Shown here: in pieces, positions 28,600 to 43,639 of the stretch
Layout of the letters: each line of letters begins with the position of its first letter
How positions within the stretch are numbered: position 1 is the stretch's first letter
Source of the DNA: Octopus vulgaris
Taxonomy: Eukaryota
Direction: 5' to 3'
DNA: 64,000 nucleotides
Assembly (NCBI GenBank): GCA_951406725.2
Contig: OX597821.1
Coordinates: 4,960,001 to 5,024,000 of the forward strand
Made by a program: the position numbers and the translations under genes
The notes under the pieces: generated by a model
What the model was told of the DNA's origin: nothing
Database searches by the model: none
What the model saw: only the letters and a program-made list of their open reading frames with translations

Positions 28600-29172
28600 A
28601 GCAGTAGTTAATCAAGGGCCATCTTTTGGAACCTGTTACTAAATATTGGCGTTTCGAACACAAGGTGATGCTCTGAGTCTGGTGGAATCATGAGGAGATG
28701 ACTTGCTGCGAGTTGGTTCTGAATAATCGATCTGTCGGTGTTAATCAGTACTCCGAACAGAAGGGTCCGATGCATGCCTTTGTGCAGGAAAAGTACCTAG
28801 CATTGGTTAATATAAAGTGATCCCTTTAGCAAGAAGACAACAGGCATGGAATAAACTCCAGGAACTAAGGGAATTGAAATAATGCCAGCATACAGTCAGG
28901 ACCAAGCTTCCACGAATTATTAGTTGTTTCGATCCCGTCTAACATCCTGCGCTCGTGCCACTTCGAGACCAAGTAGAAGTCACACCTACAGTGAAAGAGT
29001 TCTTAACCTCGATGAACAAAAACTGGTATCAGCGGAAGATGAAAGAAATGACAGGGAACTGGCTTCAGGCGGTGCCGCACGATGGCCTCCACTTTGTATG
29101 CGTTTGGTGTAACTTGACGAATAAAGCAAATAAATTACAAAAATATTGCAAAACTTCCAACACAAATGGATA
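28600..29172 (+). pseudogene. Mariner transposase catalytic-domain remnant
   Basis: RFEHKVML*VWWNHE, QEDN, AYSQDQAS (YSPDLAP-like), VKEFLTSMNKNWYQR..WLQAVPHDG. Confidence 0.8.
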
Positions 29173-30839
29173 TTATTCTCCATATTTTACTGTACAAGCT
29201 TTTCATGTTATACTACATATACTGGTTTTAATAAACCTCCACTGAATAATATACTGTACCTCCACACTATGCAACACCTCCGTACCATGAGGTAGTTCAG
29301 CTTTACACTATGCAGACACACTGTACTAAACTTCCGCATTATAGCACAACCACGCACATTGTATTATATTACATTTCCACAGTATATTAACTCCCTGCAG
29401 TATAATATAAAAACCCACATTGTAAAATAGTACACCTCCACACGATAATATATAGCTCTGCTACGTTATGATTCATCTTCACTCTATATCTTAGAGTCTA
29501 TGATATCGCTGCGCACCATACTACGCATACATTTGCAATATATCGCATTCTATACTACATCAATGTATTTATTTAGTTATTTCGCTAATTCGTTAGTTGG
29601 TTCGTTAGTCAATCAGTAAATCAGTCAGTCAGTCATTTGCTGGGTTACTTGCTTTTCTTTTGGTAAACAAAACAGGTTGTTTTATAAGAACGTTTGAATA
29701 AAAGACACAGTAAAAAAAGAGAGATAAGAAAGAAGGAAAAGGGAGAGTAAGAAAGCTGAATGGGGTGAAGCAGCGGAAGACAGAGCAAGAGGCGAGCGAT
29801 GGGCCTCATATCCCAGAACAATTTGGGTGCTCGGCCGCACCCCGTGATTATGACCGCGAGGACTTTGCCGCAGAGAACAGAGAGCTGTAGCAACCACTTC
29901 GCCTCGCACGACTCACTTCGACAGCCCGTCGTTCTCCTTCGTTGGCTGGTTGATTGGTTGGTTGGTTGGTTGGTTGGTTGGTTAGATATTCAGTCAATCA
30001 GTCAATCAGTCAGTTAGTTAGCTAGTTACTTAGTTCGCTGCTTTCTTTCTTGCTTGTTTCACTGGTTGTTTGGTTTATCAGCTGGTTGTTGAGTCGGTTG
30101 GTTATTTAGCCAACCAGTCAGATGTATCTTTTTTTTGTGGGGTGGAGGGGTAGATTTTTAGTCAATCCGATTCATGTTCACACATCAGAAATCAGTTTTA
30201 TCAATTCTCTCCAAGTGCGTTCTCAATCAAGATCTATCGTATGCAGTCGCTTATAGTTGCGGGCGAACATTAGAGCACCTTGCGCCACCTTTCACTGAAT
30301 TAGCGGATCAACAAGGATGCGACGACGGGAGGAAAGAGGAGAGTATTATTAATCCTGATATGAAGTTCATTCTCAGGTGTCTAGTCTAGAAGCAAAGTAA
30401 AATAAAGTACATTGCACACGGGCAAAGCATACTACCTGATCCAGTCTTATCACTGGAGCCTATCATCTTCGATTAAATTTGAGCTACGGCTATACAATCC
30501 TGACCTGGAGAAATCATTAACTACTGCTACTACTACTGTTGTTGCTGTTCTTCTTCCAATCAGGAATCACGCCATTAGCCACAAAGAATAATATCTAATT
30601 GGAGCCTACTCTAAGCTACTAAGAATGCGTGTGGCAACTTGAAGATGCACCCACCACATGCGATAGACTGGCGGTTGCACGGGCGCCAAAGCTACGTTGT
30701 TATCCTCATTCCGTAAACGGTGGAGTTTAACGGGTAGAGAGCTGGACCGTCTTGGGGTACAGAGGATTCGCAATCTAGACGAGGGTCTGAAAGGTTACCA
30801 CACCATAGTGGGTTTCACCATGGTTCCACTGCTTTGTGG

Positions 30840-31036
30840 CAGAAGTAGGAAGAAAGAATGAGAGAAAGTTGTGGTGAAAGATGACAGTGGGTTTCACCAC
30901 CACCACCCCACACCGGAGCATCGTGGAGCTTAGGTGTTTTTGCTCAATAAACACTCATAATGCCCGGTCTGGGAATCGAAACCGCGTTCTTACGATCGCA
31001 AGTCGTCTGTCCTAACCACTGGGCCATTGCACCTGC
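30840..31036 (-). mobile_element. SINE family C copy
   Basis: Shares ggtgtttttgctcaataaacactca..cccggtctgggaatcgaaacc with 10440-10725. Confidence 0.8.
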
Positions 31037-31706
31037 ACTGCTGTTGTTGCTGTTGCTGATTATGATGATATTAAATGAAGCGATATCTTTCTGAAATCGG
31101 CCAAGTTATATCTGAATCATGGTATAAGGAACATCAGCTCTTGAATAGTTGAATTTTCGGCACCACCGACACCTTCGCCACTAATAACAGAATAGAATAA
31201 AAAAAAAATCTCAGCGCCATGAATACCACCACCATCGCCATTAACGATTAACATCAACAACTGCATCATACAGCAGTTTCTACGAGGTGTTCCGTTCTGT
31301 CAAAAAAATCACCTAATTTCCGTAGTTGTGATACAGACTCTTTTTATTTAATGGATGGACACTACAGGAACGCCTGGGATCACAGACCAACTCATTCAGG
31401 AGCAAACCAGGGAATAAACAACAACAACATGTAGTGTAGTCGTAGTAAATTTACTGCTAATATAATCATCAACCACCACAATTTTTAGCTTCTTGAAAGC
31501 CTTTTCTGCAAATCACAATTGACAAATTCCAAATGACAGATACTTGAACTGAGTCCAATTTTAACGTTTATAATTAAATTACATAAGAGAAAAGTGACTC
31601 GTGTGTTGCATAGTCAGGTTACACGCACGCGCGCATGAATTGGCGTGTGCACATATATATACACGCACATGCATGTGTATGTATGGGTGTTTGTTCTTGT
31701 GCGTGT

Positions 31707-31808
<102 letters not shown>

Positions 31809-32289
31809 GCATGTGTGTGTTTGTGTAGTAATATAATATTAATGACAGAATTGTAAATCGAGCAATTTAACTAATTGAAGTTGCTTTTGTTGTTACCCAT
31901 ATACCAGATTCAAAATGAATAATTATTTAAATTCTTCGAAGTAAGCAAATAATTATGGGAATTGTTTCCACATTATATATTTTTGCTTTCTTCAGATTTC
32001 TCTGAAATTATGTATATTTCCTTGTATTATTCCGAACCAGAATCAAATCTCTTATGCACATTAGCATTTTTAAATTCCGTCACCTGATTATTAATGCCCT
32101 AGGGAGAAAATACGAATATGAATGAATTGAAGTTCTTTAAAGCAGCATGACACATTGTATAATATAGTTGTAGATATACTGTGCCTGGGAAAATTTAGAA
32201 ACAAGCTTTTTCGATTAGGTGTGACCTTGGTTAAAGCAAACATACTCTCAATGGCGTTTTCACAATCGGAGAGAGGGCCTTCTGTTTCG

Positions 32290-33185
32290 AGGGGAAGGTT
32301 ATGATTAATACCATTGACAGTACTACATTACTGGTACTCTAGTTTTTTTACGATCCTGAAAGACTGAGATGCGAAGTTGTCGCCGACGGAAATTGAACTC
32401 GTAGCTTACATAGTTAGATGCAGCATGGCAATTGGTTTCTTCTGATGTTCTAGAGATTTTGACAGTTCACTGCCAAAGAAATAATGATTTCAAACTTTGG
32501 CCAGCGATATTAGGAGGACAAATTAGTTGATTACTTTGACCCCAGTGCTGAACTGGTATTTATTTTACTGAACTAGTAAATATAAAAAGCGAAGTCGATA
32601 TCGGTGAAATGTCGTCTGTCTATACGTTCTGAGGTCGACAATGCCTTTCAACGATTCAGCAAGTCGCCGCCTTAACTTCACAAATAATATTTTCTACACT
32701 AAATAAACTTTTCTATTGCACGCATTAGGCCCGAAATTTGTGGGGAGGGGTTACTCGATTTAATCAACCCCAGTACGCAACAGGTACGTATTTCATAGCG
32801 CCCGAAAAGATAAAAAACATTGTCGCCTTCAAAACGTATAGAGAGACGAAATGAAGTTAAACATTTTATCCGACAGACTAATGATTATGCCAGCTCGTCG
32901 CCTAAGCCACATAAATATTACAAATTACCACAAATAACTTGGCTATTTTCAGTGAATGCAGTTCTAAGACCTATTTGTAAATTGACCTCAAATTTGTTCG
33001 GGGGAGGGGTAAATTCGATTACATCAACCCCAGTGCTTAATTGGTACTTATTTTATCGACCACTGAAGAGATGAAAGACGAAGTTGCCTTCGGCGAAATT
33101 TGAGCTCAGAACATAAAACAGATGAAATAACTCTTAGCATTTTTCCCGTCGAGCTAACCACTCTGCCAGTTTGTCGCCTTAATGT
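32290..33185 (-). mobile_element. Cluster of about four decayed SINE family A copies
   Basis: Repeated cccagt..ctggtacttatttt..aaagtcga..gaatttgaactcagaac motifs. Confidence 0.7.
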
Positions 33186-33210
33186 ATTTATATATCAAAC
33201 GGTCAATGAT

Positions 33211-33692
33211 ACTCTTTACTCGTTTACACTTTTACTTGTTTCAGCCATTTGACTGTGGCCATGCTGGAGCATCGCCTTTAGTCGAGCAAATCGACCCCAG
33301 GACTTATTCTTTGTAAGCCTAGTACTTATTCTATCGGTTTCTTTTGCTAAACCGCTAAGTTACGGGGACGTAAACACACCAGCATCTGTTGTCAAGCGAT
33401 GTTGGGGTAACAAACATGGACATACAAATATATAAACATATATATATATACATATATATACATATATATATATACATATATATACATATATATATATACA
33501 TATATATACATATATATATATACATATATATATACGACGGGCTTCCTTCAGTTCCCGTCTACCAAATCCACTCACAAAGCGTTGGTCGGCCCGAGGCTAT
33601 AGTAGAAGCCACTTGCCCAAGGTGCGACGCAGTGGAACTGAACCCGGGACCATGTGGTTCGTAAGCAAGTTGCTCACCACACAGCCACTCCT
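33211..33692 (-). mobile_element. SINE family B full-length copy with expanded internal (TA)n
   Basis: Matches the other family B copies end to end. Confidence 0.9.
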
Positions 33693-35092
33693 ACAAATTT
33701 TGAACGAATCTATTTTTCATCCACAAAAAGATATATGACTCGTACTCCAGAGGACCGTGTTGATTTAATATCCCAAATATCATTATCACACTTATTGTGC
33801 GTCCATCAAACTCTAATTTTAGTTTATTGCCAAGTGTTATGATTTACATGCGTTGCATATAATCTTCTAGTCTTCCAAGGTCACGAGAGGAGTTTACCTG
33901 TTGTTTTATATCAGTAATTAAAGCTGATTACTAGTAGAAATAGGAATTTGGTATTTAAAGAAAAGACAAGATGAAATTTCGAACTCACTCAAACTTTCTC
34001 CTGACTTGTATAGGATGTATTTCCCAGACGTCTGTGCATCATATGATAGACATGCCCAATGTTATTCAGCCACCGGAGTAACAGGCGACTTACGAAAGGA
34101 CAATTTTATATGACACAGAGTGTATAAAAGAACGGTTAAGTAAAAGTCTGTCAACAGACATGGACGTTTGGGTCAAAATTGTGAAATTTCTTTGAAGAAG
34201 CAAAGGATTAAATCTTTAGTATTCTACGTTGTATTTACGGAGCGAGTTTCTTCTTATTTTTACCTCCAATCATCTGCATTAAACTTTAATATAAAAAAAT
34301 AGAATGAATATTAAATGTAACATCGTGCATTATTTTTTATATTGTTTGTATTTCCCCATCTTCTCTTCGGTAGAATAATTCCACAGCTCATACAACAGAT
34401 GTTGAAGTCATCCCTAACGAGTAAAATCTCATCAGTTTCGGGTGAAATTCACTAAAGTCTTCCAGCTTGCTGGATGATATAATTCCCTTTCGCATCTCTT
34501 CTTCGTTTCATTTTCCCGCAATTGTGGTTTTGACTCACCCTGCCCTAAACCTGAATGTTACAAATAGCCATCAAAACACTCTGAATTTAAACTCTAATGT
34601 CTTACGAGCTAACGAAGGGAGCGTGCATGCAGTCGCTTGACCACCTCTAAACAACATCCACAATCGATTCCATCAAATCACACAACTGTGGCTGTATGAA
34701 AGGGGAATTTATTAGATAATGCGACTCTACACATTTTATTTCAAGAGAATAAAAAGGTATGCCAGGGCACGGTCACCATTGCACTGTATTTCATCATGGG
34801 TTTGCTCGATTCGGCCATCCTGGTGTTAAATAGCTGCTACAACTTAATTTAAATACAAGATATGATTAATTTGGCTCGAAGCTAATTTTATGAAAGAAAT
34901 AAATTTTAATAAGACTTCGAAATAAAGTGACTACTGAAATATTATTTTGTAAATATTAACGAAGGCGAGTATGAAATGTTAATTGCAAAGTAGCATAAAA
35001 GTGAATTCATATAGCAGCGGTCGTTGTATTTCTTTAAACTTCGCGAGGATGCCTTAATTGGTCAAGCCTTATAATCTCCAAAAAAAACAAAA

Positions 35093-35264
35093 CCGTGTTT
35101 CTCAAAGGAGGCCGTAACGCCCTAATGCGTGTGTCGAACATCAGAGAAATATTTTGTTACTCAATCATTCCATCATGAATTCTTTTTTAAAATGTTTATT
35201 CACGTGGCGGCACGGGGTGGCGTTGAGAATATTATAAGATCAAAGGCCGACGTTTGAGAAGCGG
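35093..35264. mobile_element. Small hAT-like MITE
   Basis: ccgtgtttctcaaa ... tttgagaagcgg imperfect TIRs. Confidence 0.4.
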
Positions 35265-35949
35265 TTCATTTAAGGCGTTGCAGTTTAAAACATTCTGTCT
35301 TTTGCATTTGCGTTAATAAATCTTCCTGTGTGTCCCTACTTCTAACGGAATACGGAGTGATAGGAAGATATGGCTGCTATTTAAAGTATGTGAAGCAACT
35401 ATATAGGGGGTATTAGAAAAAAAAACTGCTTCTGTTCTTGTGGAAACAGGACAGAACGAATTAAATTTACTGGCAATAAAATCTGTCCTTTCTTTTCTGG
35501 ACGCTCATCAACGGCTAATAGAAGCACAAAGATGACTTCATGACATAGATCGTGGCTGGGGCATTTTAAATATGGTGAAAACTGTCCCCTCCGTGTCTGT
35601 ACACAGCCATTTTCTTCGTTGGAAAATGCAAGAAAGATGTTCTAATGACACTGCCAAATCAACATCCTTATCATCCAATATGTCAAACATAAATTTATTT
35701 ATTTTCGCAACAGGAAATGGTTCGATGTTCCTTTAGAAATTCAAAAGGGATGCGGTGAGATTATTTCATACATTATAATACTAAAGGCCATATGATAATC
35801 ACTTATAGTTCTGTACGATTTCAATTCAAATACTGTATCCTTTGAAATCTTTGAATTTTGCCACATTCTGCTCTTTCTCTTGAAGAAGGATGGAATAAGT
35901 AAAACTCTATGGTATTTAAATTCATAATCCAAAGGCTCGCAAACAATAC

Positions 35950-36390
35950 CGGTTTCCAATTTTGGCAGAAGGCTAGCAATTTCGAGTCTGGAGACACGTG
36001 GATTATTTATACACCCCAGTTCTCAAATGATACTTATTTTATCGACCCCGAACTGATGAAAAGCAAAGCGTATCTGGACGGAATTTGAACTCAGAACGTA
36101 AAGACGGACGAAGTGCCGCTACGTATTTTGTCTACTCTACCAGCTCAGCGCCTTAAGATCAATAATTAATATCGCTTTCAGATTATGGCACATAACCAGC
36201 TAATTTGAGGGACGAAATAAGCCTATTACATCGACCCCAGTACTCAACTGGTACTTATTTTATCGAGGCCATGATGATGAAAGGCAAAGCTGACCTCGAC
36301 GGAATTTGAACTCAGAACGTACGGACGGACGATATGCCACCAAGCCTTTTCCCGAAGTTATATCGACGCTAGACGTTCACCGTCTTAACA
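35950..36390 (-). mobile_element. Two adjacent SINE family A copies
   Basis: Both contain tacttattttatcga..ggaatttgaactcagaacgta. Confidence 0.8.
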
Positions 36391-37394
36391 TCCACAACTA
36401 ATTTCGCAACGCATTTCATCTAATTCTATAGTCACTCTACTACAGAACCACCACCCTAAAACAATTTCAGTAGCAGTATCCCTAACTAAACTCGGTTTAT
36501 GATTTCGAAAAACAAAAGTAAATTATAAAATTCAATAATTTGAGATTAGACCGTTTTTTATATGCATGTGATACGTCACCGTCTGTATTTGCAACTTGCT
36601 GGTATTGTAGTTTAAAGCTTTTATGTTCTATCTCTTTCTTCTTTCAGTCACTTGACTGCGGTCATCCTGGGACACTTACTTGAAGGTTTTGGGTCGCACA
36701 AATTAAATGCAGTACTTTTCTGTTAAGATTGGTACTTGTTTTGACGCGCTCTTTTGCCGAACTTATATAAGCTATACATGTGTGTGCGTGTGTGTGCGTG
36801 TGTGTGTGTGTGCACGCCTGCGTGTGTGTAAAATCAAAGAAAAATACAGGAACGGAAAATATGCAATCAACTTCGTTATGAGTGGATGTATGCATACATG
36901 TATGTACGTTTATATGTATGCATGTACGGCAAGTTATCAGACAGTTTCCGCATGTCATGTTAACTGACGAATCATCTGTCGTCCAGGCTTCTAGTAGAAG
37001 TTATTTGCCAAATATGTCCCAAAATGGAACTGAATCCGCAACGAAGTGTTTGCAAAGATTCCTTCTTCATTACACAGCAGTGAATACACCTGTAAAATTA
37101 TGATTGCGCCCACATCTCCATGCGGGTTTAATAATATTAAACTGTTTATTCGTAATGATACGAAAATAAGCAACACTACATCATAAATTCTTCCCCATTT
37201 TCTCGCCAGCGCATTCGTCATCGTTGCAGGAAATTAGCTCTAATAAAGGCCAATAGCAACCTGGTTTCAAATCGTTTCTGCTATCTTCTTTCATGTGCAA
37301 TTAATAAGTTGAGTCGAGAACCTTTTTTACATGTGACACGTGGCGTATCTCGCTATTATTGCAGGGAGTTTTAAATAAATTAATAATTAAATAA

Positions 37395-38331
37395 ATAAAT
37401 AAATGGGCTATGCTCGGCCTATGCTAGTACTAAGATACTCCATTCCCTTTCAAAATGTATAAAGATCGAACAGCAGAAATTATAAGCACTAGGGATCTCT
37501 TCACAATGAACAGCACACACAAAACTAGAAATTATATCGAGAGACTCTACCTAACAAGAGAGAAAAGAGGCAGAGAAATGTTTAACGGAGAAGACACCAT
37601 TATTATTGCGATATTGAGCGATGGACATTAGGCTGTCCGGAGCGAGGAAAGAATGCTACTGGCTGCTAGAAATGTCCAGATGTTTATTGAAATAATATAA
37701 TTCAAGAACAGATGCAAGAAGAGTATAGCAAGCAGATTAAGAGAAATAGAATTACAAGGTTAATTCATGCAACACCAAGATTGATGGACGTAATGAACGT
37801 TAATAATGGCTGAAGAACGGAAGACTGAAACCAGAAAGCGAAGTGCTAATTATATCCCCGCCAGAACAAGCCATTGGAACGGATTTGATAAAAGGCAAGA
37901 TTGATTCAGACAGAGAGCAAACGCAGAATTTTCCGAAAAGGAGCCGAAAGAATTAACCTTCACTTGAATGAATGTAGTAAGCTAACTTAAAAAGAGTATA
38001 AGCGCAGGCAGGGCTGTGTGGATAAAAAATTGCATTGGGGTGTTAGCCGAGGTCGTGGCATTGCAGTAACAGAAAAGTGGTAAAGTGGTAGAAACTCCAA
38101 CCGGAATCTATGATAGAGACTAAATATTACAAAATGTATTTAGCACAACACCTAAATGACTGCTTATGATAATGTAGGATATTGGAATTGTTGACCTGTA
38201 GAAAGATGCATTCCTTCAGTCTGCAGGAATCCTAAGAATGATTCTAGGGATTTGAGATTTGTAGTTAATAAAGCACAAGACAAGATTTCTGTTAAATATT
38301 ATAGCAGATATTATTATTAATTATAATAATA

Positions 38332-38335
<4 letters not shown>
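37395..38335 (+). pseudogene. R4/Dong-clade RLE non-LTR retrotransposon 3' fragment
   Basis: IERLYLTREKRGR (RLY..R.EGGRGL-like), WLKNGRLKPESEVLI..EQAI, decayed Zn knuckle ..NECSKL..EYKRR..LHW, C-terminal SAGILRMILG*. RLE catalytic core deleted; followed by (AAT)/(GAT)n. Confidence 0.8.
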
Positions 38336-38381
<46 letters not shown>

Positions 38382-39893
38382 GATGATCATTACGACGACG
38401 ATGACGATGGTGATAATGATGATGAGGAGGAGGAGGATGATCATGATGGTGATACTGATTCCTACATTAAGCATAAGGCTTGAACTTTGAGGAAAAAAGG
38501 AGCTAGTCGTTTACATCAACTCCAATGCTAAACTGGTAATGATTTCACCATTCCTAAAGGATGAAAGGCAGAATCGACCCCGATGGAATTTGCACACAGA
38601 ACCTACGCAAGGCATTTCGTCTGGAATACGACCAATTTTACCAAATCCCACCAAAATCACATCTTACCGTATTAAATTGGTAGGTCAAATTGCTTAATGT
38701 ATTCCTACATAAACAAAAAGACGGAAGATTGTTTTGATATAACAACTCTGAAGTATCAAAGATCATTCATTTGGAACTGGCGTGAGACTAAATAATAACA
38801 CCAATACTAAATTTATGGATACATTTCACCTATGTCTACTACTGTTGCTAACGCAAGTTAGGAGACCATGCAGGTCACCTCGATCGTGCTAAATACTAGG
38901 TCATTTAATATGCTATATTTCAAAACCTTACACACCATTCTCGTTGATGACAAAAGTCTCAAAATTGTATTGACGTTTTTGGCAGAAGCCTACCATCATG
39001 TACAAGAAGATCTACCAAAGCTAATAGGAGATTCATCTTGCAGCGAAACGTAAAGCATAAATACAATAATATTTTTTTAGAATTGTTAACACAAGTCCAG
39101 CAATTATATCGGCGTCAGTGCTCAAATGGTACTTTATTTATTTGAAACCGAAAGGATGACAGGAAAAAGTTGAACTCGACGGATTTTTTGCGCAGAATGT
39201 AAACCTGCAGAAATACCGCTAACCATGTTGCTACGCGTGCTAACAATTCTGCCGGCTCAGCGCCTTAATTGCGATGTTAATAATTAAATTACTTTATATT
39301 TAGGCGCAAGGTCACCGATTTTGAAGGTAACTTAAAGATCGAGACAATCGACAACCTTAACTAGTAATTCATATAATATCAATAATAATAAACATAATAA
39401 TAATAATAATAATAATGAGAAGAAGAAGAAGAAGAAGAAGAAGAAGAAGAAGAAGAAGAAGAAGAAGAAGAAGAAGAAGAAGAAGAAGATTATACATTAT
39501 ATAACTGGTGAAGGCCCAATTACGAAAAGTTCCCAAACTGTGCTAATACAATGAAGTATTAGGTTTAACATCGGCTTTTCAAAACTGTCTGGGTAATCCG
39601 ACTGTAATTTGTTCAGTTATTGGAAATGCAATTGAATAAATTGTTTTAACATTCTTTCTCTATTCTTAGACATATTGAAGTACATTGAAAGCTATTTATC
39701 TCTCTTTCACCACTAACTACCTACCACATCGCATATACATCGCATATACATCGCATATACATACAGATTGACTAACGAATATATATGAATATACATGCTT
39801 GAACACACACAACTCTCATGTATCTACATACGCCTAATATCCCCATACATACATACATGCATACATACATATATACATACATACATACGTACG

Positions 39894-39942
<49 letters not shown>

Positions 39943-41361
39943 CCATGAATAATTACATACCTACATATATATAGATAAGTATATATTATATACATACATG
40001 CAAATATATATTATACTTCGTATATTTTACTTTATATGTATGTAAGAATGCGTTTATAATATATATATATATATCATAGTACGTATATTTTATTATATGT
40101 ATGTCCGTAAGTATGTATGCAATCGTGTGTGTGTGTATGTGTGTATGTGTGTATGTGTGTATGTATGTATGTATGTAGGTAGGTAGGTAGGTAGGTAGGT
40201 AGGTAGGTAGGTAGGCAGTAGGTAATGAAGAGATAGGAAGAAAGAGATATGCATATGCATATCTATACATACGAGTGAGCATTCTTATTAACAATACTCA
40301 TTTAAACGGATATTAATTTATCTACTTACGCAATATTAATGGCCACTTAAAGAGTTTCAGAGATAAAAGAGAACAATTACTTTTTCGTATCATTTCGGCA
40401 GCCTATATTTAAATGAATGTCTCGATTAATCAGATGTCCAATTGTCAATTAATATCGAGGTAGTGTTACGTAAATATTGGGTGGTACAAAGCTTTTGTAA
40501 ATTATGATATGAATGTCTTACTCATCAGAGTTCAAACTCGAACAGGATACGTTTATCATTTCAGACACATTTTATTCTTTCAGTGAATCGGTGATGCATT
40601 TAGAGTCTTTTGTGACATTTCTATTATATTTCTGTTATTGAAAACGTCATGTGCCTTCTTCTAATTTACCATCGTATCAATCAAAGACTTAACTTTCTTA
40701 ACCCTCTGTATACTTATCTACCTATCTGTTATCTCTCTATTTATCTGCCTGCCTGTCTATTTGTCTACTTATCTATATATTTTATTGTTTATTTATCTAT
40801 TATCCCTTTATCCATCTGCCCATCATATGTACTTGATTTTGTGTGAAGTACCAGTTAAACACTGAGATCGATTTTATCGTTCTTCCTCTCTCTCTTTCTC
40901 TCTACGTTTCTTCCTCACTTTCCTTTATGACCCTGTACTTTTCTATGCCCAGTGGCTTTGCCGTATTAAGAGAAGGTGGTTGAAGGCCACACAGAGTCCC
41001 TTTCATTTTGGAAATGAAAGATAGTTAACCTACGATGTATCACAATGCATCTCAATGTAAGCCTGTTGCTAAAACCCGTTCTAAATTATCCCCAAATATG
41101 GTGGATATGAAGATACCAATGCACTGCATGTAGGAATCGTTTGGAAGATTCCTTGATAAAGGCTAATCTAGGTGCACACATCAACAAAAACAGCAACAAC
41201 AACGCATACAGATAACTTCAAACAAGAAGACAAAAAGACATAAGATTTACTTATGACTTCTTTTACTCAGACGAATGAAGGATTCTATACGATGTTGTGG
41301 TTGTCGTTTGTGTGCCAGTCAGCCCCGAGCAAGTCCTCCAAGTTGTGGGGGGAAAATATTG

Positions 41362-41575
41362 TTTTCAAATTTTGGTATAAGACAAGCAAGGTGGGGGTAT
41401 GGGGTAAGTCGATTGCGTCAGCCCCAATCCGCACAAGGTACTCGTTTTATTGACCCCAAAAAGGATTAATGGCAAAGTCGACCTCAGCGAAATTTGAACT
41501 CCGAACGTAAAGACGGACGAAATGCTGCCAATATTTTGCCCGGCGTGCTGACAATTCTGCCATTTCAGCGACCTG
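41362..41575 (-). mobile_element. SINE family A copy
   Basis: ggcaaagtcgacctcagcgaaatttgaactccgaacgtaaagacggacgaaatg. Confidence 0.8.
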
Positions 41576-42543
41576 AAATGTGGGGAAATATTACAACCAT
41601 CTGCGTCCATAGGTTGTTCCCCAAGCATAATATATCAAGGGCTATACTATCGTAGTGAATCCCAAACTAAAAGACATCAATCCACAATTGCTGCCTATAA
41701 TTTATCAGCGAAATTCTATTGACCCTCACAAATTTGTTTGTCTGTTGCTAATACAGGTACAAACTGAGAGAAGGTGTGGAGTGCGGTTGGTTAACCGTAT
41801 CGACGTCAGGACACCCTTGGTACCTTAAGCATAGTTCTACATAATAGAAAGGAAAAGTGAACCTCTGTTTTATTTGAACTCAAAGCTTAAATTTAACAAG
41901 ATAACTTAGAAGGTAAAGAGCCAGATTAAATGCTAGCGATTCTATCATCTCGCCTCCTTCAAACTCTATTTTAATCAGAAGACAAAATAGAGTTTACAAA
42001 CATTCTATATCATTTTTCATCCGATTTTACCTCCAAAATAATTTTGAGACCATTGTAATGTAAGGCATTGCCAAGAAGGAAAAAGAGTACCTACAGCTTC
42101 AAAGAATGGCAATGAACAGAAAGTTTAAATGACTGAATGAAATAGACCAGAGTAAAAGAAGACGTTGGTTTTGAATTCCAATGAGGAGAAGTTGAAAGAA
42201 AGAAGGTATCAGAATAAATGGATTTACTGCTAAGTATATCAGCAGAGAGATTTTGCGTCTGAGAAGAGATTAACTGAAACGTTTAAAGGTATTAAAAGAG
42301 AATATCAGGCCAGACAATTTACCAGAAACTTATCAGGGCAATGACCACGGAAATGATTACACCAAAGTCACAATGAAAAACATAATTGTTATTTCTTCAT
42401 TACAATGTATGACAACTTTAGAATGATAGAACTATCGTAACTGTCTTAGATATGACAAATGCTTTTCACCCACATTTAAATCTACTCTGCGAAAACTATG
42501 AAGGTGTACAAGAAACATTGCACTATCAAAACACACCCACCAG

Positions 42544-42592
<49 letters not shown>

Positions 42593-43639
42593 TATAACAA
42601 ACTAAGGAAAGGAATTCATTCAAAGGGGTGTGTAAAACATCCAGTTCGGTGGTACGTCAGTTGGAGGCCACATGAATATGGGTATAATGCAAATTACAAT
42701 AATAAATTAAATAGAGAGGTTCAATTAAGAATCCAATAATTTATTTATATTATAATATAACATTAAAATATCGTAAAAAAAAACAAAAGGACCAGCAATT
42801 TGTTTCGATTTATATACATTATTTGATTTACAAAGAATTCTATCCACTTATATAAGTCTCATCACAGCTTTAGTTTAAAGATAGACGAAATTACGCGAAT
42901 GGATGGCTGGATTGTAAAAGACTTAATTCAAATGCCTATGTATTATGAGCATGGGCGTTAACGTTTCAACTACATAAGAATTACAATTAAAAAAACAACA
43001 AAATTATAACGGACAAAATAATTAAGTAAATATAATCTACAACTATCGAAATATACTTCTATATATCTCAAATAATATCAATCCAAACTCGTTAAGGTCG
43101 AAGACAATCTTTGGTTAAGTATACAAATTAAATATCTGGGTCTTACTTAATCTAGAGACTGTAATAAAATGTGTAAATAAATATAAATGATTAAATACTA
43201 TTATATTGGTAATATATAACAACTCCTCTCTTTTATTGAAAGTTATTGATATAAAAAATATTGTTTAAAGTAACTAACACAAAATGTTCTTTATTTATTT
43301 AGCCTATTGGAGGGAGAATACTAGAATAATTATGAAGAGAAACCTTATAAAAATGCTCTTTATTTACTTAATTTATCGGAGGGACAAAACCACAATAAAC
43401 ATGAAGATGAACTTAGACCTACAATAACTACAACCAATATTACGCATTAGATATAGGCTTAGGCTATATTAATGGATATCAAATTAACCCTGGTTACATC
43501 AAAATATTACTATTATATTGTATACATGGTATATTATAATATAAATAATTGGACAGTCAATCGAATCTCAGTTTAATTTATTGTTTATACATATGTGTGT
43601 GTGGGTGTATGTGTGTATGCGTGCATGTGTGGTGTGTAT

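Noticed and set aside
40510-40570. Minus-strand CUGAUGA with upstream GAAA
   Set aside because: Helices are out of register; likely chance.
42050-42400. Possible pogo/Tigger transposase remnant
   Set aside because: Only vague similarity, many stops, no TIRs found.
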